A stretch of 64,000 bases of DNA. Origin: Candidatus Poriferihabitaceae bacterium. GTDB taxonomy: Bacteria > Pseudomonadota > Gammaproteobacteria > Arenicellales > Poriferihabitantaceae. Shown one piece after another: positions 60,829 to 64,000 of the stretch (positions within the stretch are counted from its first letter, which is position 1; every line of letters starts with the position of its first letter). The notes under the pieces are model-generated. The model was not told the origin of the DNA, did no database searches, and saw only the letters and a program-made list of their open reading frames with translations. The stretch spans positions 580,236-644,235 of the forward strand of contig CBDBQH010000001.1 in assembly GCA_965208975.1 (NCBI GenBank), given 5' to 3'. The position numbers were made by a program, and so were the translations under genes.

Positions 60829-62310
60829 ATGGCGATTACAAATAACGAGATATTAATGATGGTAGAGGTGGTTTCCCGAGAAAAGGACCTGGAGAAGGGG
60901 GTCATTTTCAACGCCATCGAAACAGCGCTGGTCACGGCCACCAAGAAATGGCATCCAGGCGATATTGACGCCCGGGTCAGCATTCATCAGGAAACCGGGG
61001 ATTATGATACCTACCGTGTCTGGGAGGTCATTGCTGACGATGTCGAACGGGAGTTCCCCGACCGCCAGATTCCGTTGTCGGAAGCGCGTGAAAACGCCCC
61101 TGAACTGAATGTTGATGATTTGATTGAGGAACCCATGGAGAAAGTGGAGTTCGGTCGAATCGCGGCTCAGGCCGCCAAGCAGGTCATCATGCAGAAGGTC
61201 AAGGAAGCGGAGAGGAATCAGGTCGCCCAGCGATACAAGGACAAATTTGGCGCTCTTATTTCCGGGACCGTGAAAAGACTGGATCATGGCAATGCAATCG
61301 TTGATCTGGGTGACGCTGAGGCGATTTTGCCGAAAAGCGAGATGATCCCGAGAGAAGGCTTGCGTCCGGGGGACCGGATTCGCGCGCTGTTAAAAGAGAT
61401 CGATCAGGAGTCCCGAGGACCGCAATTGATTCTTACCCGGCTTTCCTCTCAATTTCTGATCGAGCTTTTCAAGCTGGAGGTGCCGGAAGCGGGAGAGGGA
61501 ATTATAGAAATTACCGGAGCGGCCAGAGACCCGGGATCGCGGGCCAAGATTTCAGTGCGAACCAATGACGCCAATGTAGACCCGGTAGGCGCCTGCGTGG
61601 GTATTCGCGGGTCGCGGGTGCAAAGTGTTTCCAACGAAATTGCCGGGGAACGGGTGGATATCATTGTCTGGTCTGACAAGATTGATGAGTTCGTCATACA
61701 GGCGCTGGCGCCGGCGGAAGTCGAGTCGATATTTATCGACGAAGAGGTCAAGGCGATGGATGTGGTTGTAACCGAGGAGAATCTTTCTCGCGCGATCGGA
61801 CGGGGAGGGCAGAATGTTCGTCTCGCCTCCGAGTTGACCGGATGGGAGTTGAATCTGATGACCGACAAGGCGGCTCAGGAAAAGCAGGATGCGGAGCAGT
61901 GGGCATTGATTGAGAAATTCAAGTTGCAGTTGTCGATTGATGAGAACACGGCGATTATCCTGGCTCAGGAAGGATTCAATACGCTTGAGGAAATCGCCTA
62001 TGTTCCGCGGCAGGAGTTGATCGAGATCGAAGAGTTTGATGAAGAGCTGGTGGATGAGTTGCGTAACCGGGCACAGGACAATTTGCTGACCAGCGCCATA
62101 GCGAGTCAGGTGGAAAAAGAACCCGCTGAAGACTTGCTTGCGATGGAAGGGATTGACGAAGATACTGCAAAGTCTCTGGCTATGGGCGGAGTGCGTACCC
62201 GGGAAGAGTTGGCGGAGTGTGCGGTCGATGAGGTGCTGGACATTGTCGACATGGGACATCAGAGGGCGAGCGAGTTGATTATGACTGCTCGCGCATCCTG
62301 GTTTGACTAA
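60829..62310 (+). CDS. nusA: Transcription termination/antitermination factor NusA
   Basis: NNEILMMVEVVSREKDLEKGVIFNAIETAL, the S1 domain GTVKRLDHGNAIVDLG, KH domains (GACVGIRGSRVQ, AIGRGGQNVRLA), and C-terminal acidic repeats. Confidence 0.96.
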   Translation: MAITNNEILMMVEVVSREKDLEKGVIFNAIETALVTATKKWHPGDIDARVSIHQETGDYDTYRVWEVIADDVEREFPDRQIPLSEARENAPELNVDDLIEEPMEKVEFGRIAAQAAKQVIMQKVKEAERNQVAQRYKDKFGALISGTVKRLDHGNAIVDLGDAEAILPKSEMIPREGLRPGDRIRALLKEIDQESRGPQLILTRLSSQFLIELFKLEVPEAGEGIIEITGAARDPGSRAKISVRTNDANVDPVGACVGIRGSRVQSVSNEIAGERVDIIVWSDKIDEFVIQALAPAEVESIFIDEEVKAMDVVVTEENLSRAIGRGGQNVRLASELTGWELNLMTDKAAQEKQDAEQWALIEKFKLQLSIDENTAIILAQEGFNTLEEIAYVPRQELIEIEEFDEELVDELRNRAQDNLLTSAIASQVEKEPAEDLLAMEGIDEDTAKSLAMGGVRTREELAECAVDEVLDIVDMGHQRASELIMTARASWFD

Positions 62311-62343
62311 TTTGATGCAGTAACATAAAACCGGAATACGACC

Positions 62344-64000
62344 ATGTCTCAGGCAACTATCGACGCTTTTGCCAGGCAAATCAATATCAGTATTGAAAAG
62401 CTTCTGGATCAGCTGGAACAGGCCGGTATTTCCGGGAAAACCCGAAATGACCTGCTGGAAGATCATGAGAAGCTCCAATTGTTGCAGCACCTGGAACGTC
62501 GCGAGACGAAGGCGCCTTCAAAAGACCGTATATTCCTGAAAAGCAGGCAGACCCGGCAAATCCGGCAGACTTCGAGAACAGGAGCCGCGCGTACCGTCCA
62601 TGTTGAGGTAAAAAAACGCCGGACCTTCGTAAAACGAAGTACGCTGGAGGCGGATCAGGCGCGTCAGGATGAAGAAGACAGAATTGCGCGGGAAGCCCGG
62701 GGACAGACGGAGAAAGAACCGGGCATTGCGGCACAAGAGGCAGAGCCGCAAGACTCGCCACAAGCGCCACAAGCGTCGCAAGAGGAAACTCGTCAGCAAG
62801 AGCCGCCGTCAGAAGACTTGCGGCAGCCTTTCAATGTTGCCGGGGAGGTGGTCGCGCCGGCGGACGGCGCCGCGGCGCCTGAACCGGAAATGGCCGCGGG
62901 GTCTGCTGAATCGCCGGCGCCGGAATCCGTTGCCGCCGTTGCTGTTGAGACTGAACCGAAAACGGTTGACCGTAAGAAATCGGGCAAAGCGAAAAAAGGG
63001 AAGAAAGGCAAGCGCGAACGGGATGACAACGCGAAGACACCGTCAGTCCGGAAAGAGCTGCATGCGGCTAAACGCCGCCGGGATAAAGGTCGGCGTCTGC
63101 TCAGAAAGCCGGGCCGCATCTCTTCATCTACCTCGAATCAGCATGTGTTTGAAAAACCGACCGCGCCGGTGGTTCATGAGATTCAGGTATCTGAGGCGAT
63201 GACGGTCGGTGAGCTTGCACAGGCGATGTCGATCAAGGCGGGTGAAGTGATCAAGGCGATGATGGATATGGGCTCCATGGTGACCATTAACCAGATTCTG
63301 GATCAGGATACGGCGATGTTGCTGATTGAGGAAATGGGACATGTGGCCAGACCCGCCGATAAGGAAGACCCTGAATCCATATTGTCCGACCCCGATGAAC
63401 TGAGCCAGCAGGTTCCCCGTCCGCCCGTGGTTACCGTGATGGGTCATGTCGATCATGGCAAGACTTCCTTGCTGGATTATCTGCGAAATACCAAGGTGGT
63501 TGACGCGGAGGCCGGAGGAATCACCCAGCATATCGGAGCTTACCGGGTTAATCTGAATGACCATGAGATTTGTTTCCTGGATACGCCGGGTCATGAAGCC
63601 TTTTCCGCGATGCGGGCCAGGGGAGCGAAGGCGACCGATATTATCATTCTGGTAGTCGCTGCGGATGACGGGGTGAAACCGCAAACTGTTGAAGCGATCA
63701 ATCACGCCAAGGCGGCTGACGTTCCGATCGTGGTTGCGTTGAACAAAATTGATCGCGAGCAGGCCGACCCGGAGCGGGTCAAGCAGGAGTTATCCAGTCG
63801 TGGGGTTGTGGCCGAGGGGTGGGGCGGTGATACGTTGATGAATGAAGTGTCGGCGATTACCGGCCAGGGCGTCGAGAGTCTGCTTGAGTCGGTATTGTTG
63901 CAGGCTGAAGTGGCTGATTTGAAAGCGCGTCCTGCCGGCAACGCCACTGGCCTGGTGGTTGAGGCTCGCCTGGACAAGGGGCGTGGCCCGGTCGCCACTG
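62344..64000 (+). CDS. infB: Translation initiation factor IF-2 (5' part; continues beyond the window)
   Basis: ATG 62344 gives [29 protein letters not shown]. The frame stays open to the window end and contains the G-domain [20 protein letters not shown]...DTPGHEAF...NKIDR. It is absent from the ORF track because no stop lies in the window. Confidence 0.93.
   Translation, partial: MSQATIDAFARQINISIEKLLDQLEQAGISGKTRNDLLEDHEKLQLLQHLERRETKAPSKDRIFLKSRQTRQIRQTSRTGAARTVHVEVKKRRTFVKRSTLEADQARQDEEDRIAREARGQTEKEPGIAAQEAEPQDSPQAPQASQEETRQQEPPSEDLRQPFNVAGEVVAPADGAAAPEPEMAAGSAESPAPESVAAVAVETEPKTVDRKKSGKAKKGKKGKRERDDNAKTPSVRKELHAAKRRRDKGRRLLRKPGRISSSTSNQHVFEKPTAPVVHEIQVSEAMTVGELAQAMSIKAGEVIKAMMDMGSMVTINQILDQDTAMLLIEEMGHVARPADKEDPESILSDPDELSQQVPRPPVVTVMGHVDHGKTSLLDYLRNTKVVDAEAGGITQHIGAYRVNLNDHEICFLDTPGHEAFSAMRARGAKATDIIILVVAADDGVKPQTVEAINHAKAADVPIVVALNKIDREQADPERVKQELSSRGVVAEGWGGDTLMNEVSAITGQGVESLLESVLLQAEVADLKARPAGNATGLVVEARLDKGRGPVAT

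Overview
This is a 64-kb chromosomal window, most likely from a gammaproteobacterium. That inference rests on the conserved gene orders recA-recX-alaS-lysC-csrA-tRNA-Ser and rimP-nusA-infB, and on the many GC-rich REP-type palindromes. The backbone carries repair and translation genes, gshA, dusA, acs, a purine-catabolism block (xdhABC plus guanine deaminase), a Dpp-like ABC importer with Rieske oxygenase, FkbM-like, MttB-like and PanB-like genes, acetoacetyl-CoA synthetase with thiolase, and a STAS-SBP-histidine kinase-Amt cluster. Three accessory inserts stand out. (1) The left edge holds an AT-rich island with a full-length, catalytically intact Francisella-type (II-B) cas9. No cas1/cas2/cas4, recognisable tracrRNA or CRISPR array occurs anywhere in the window. 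A DUF4160 gene follows cas9 21 nt later, and a gene remnant plus an IS separate cas9 from recA. This is the top candidate for an undescribed system. (2) A 5.9-kb Calx-beta-like autotransporter adhesin is preceded by a perfect (CCAAG)38 microsatellite and bracketed by inverted REP mosaics. (3) An abiEi-mod-res (type III R-M) island sits beside tRNA-Ser(GGA). All product calls rest on motif recognition by eye. No database search, folding or statistics could be run.
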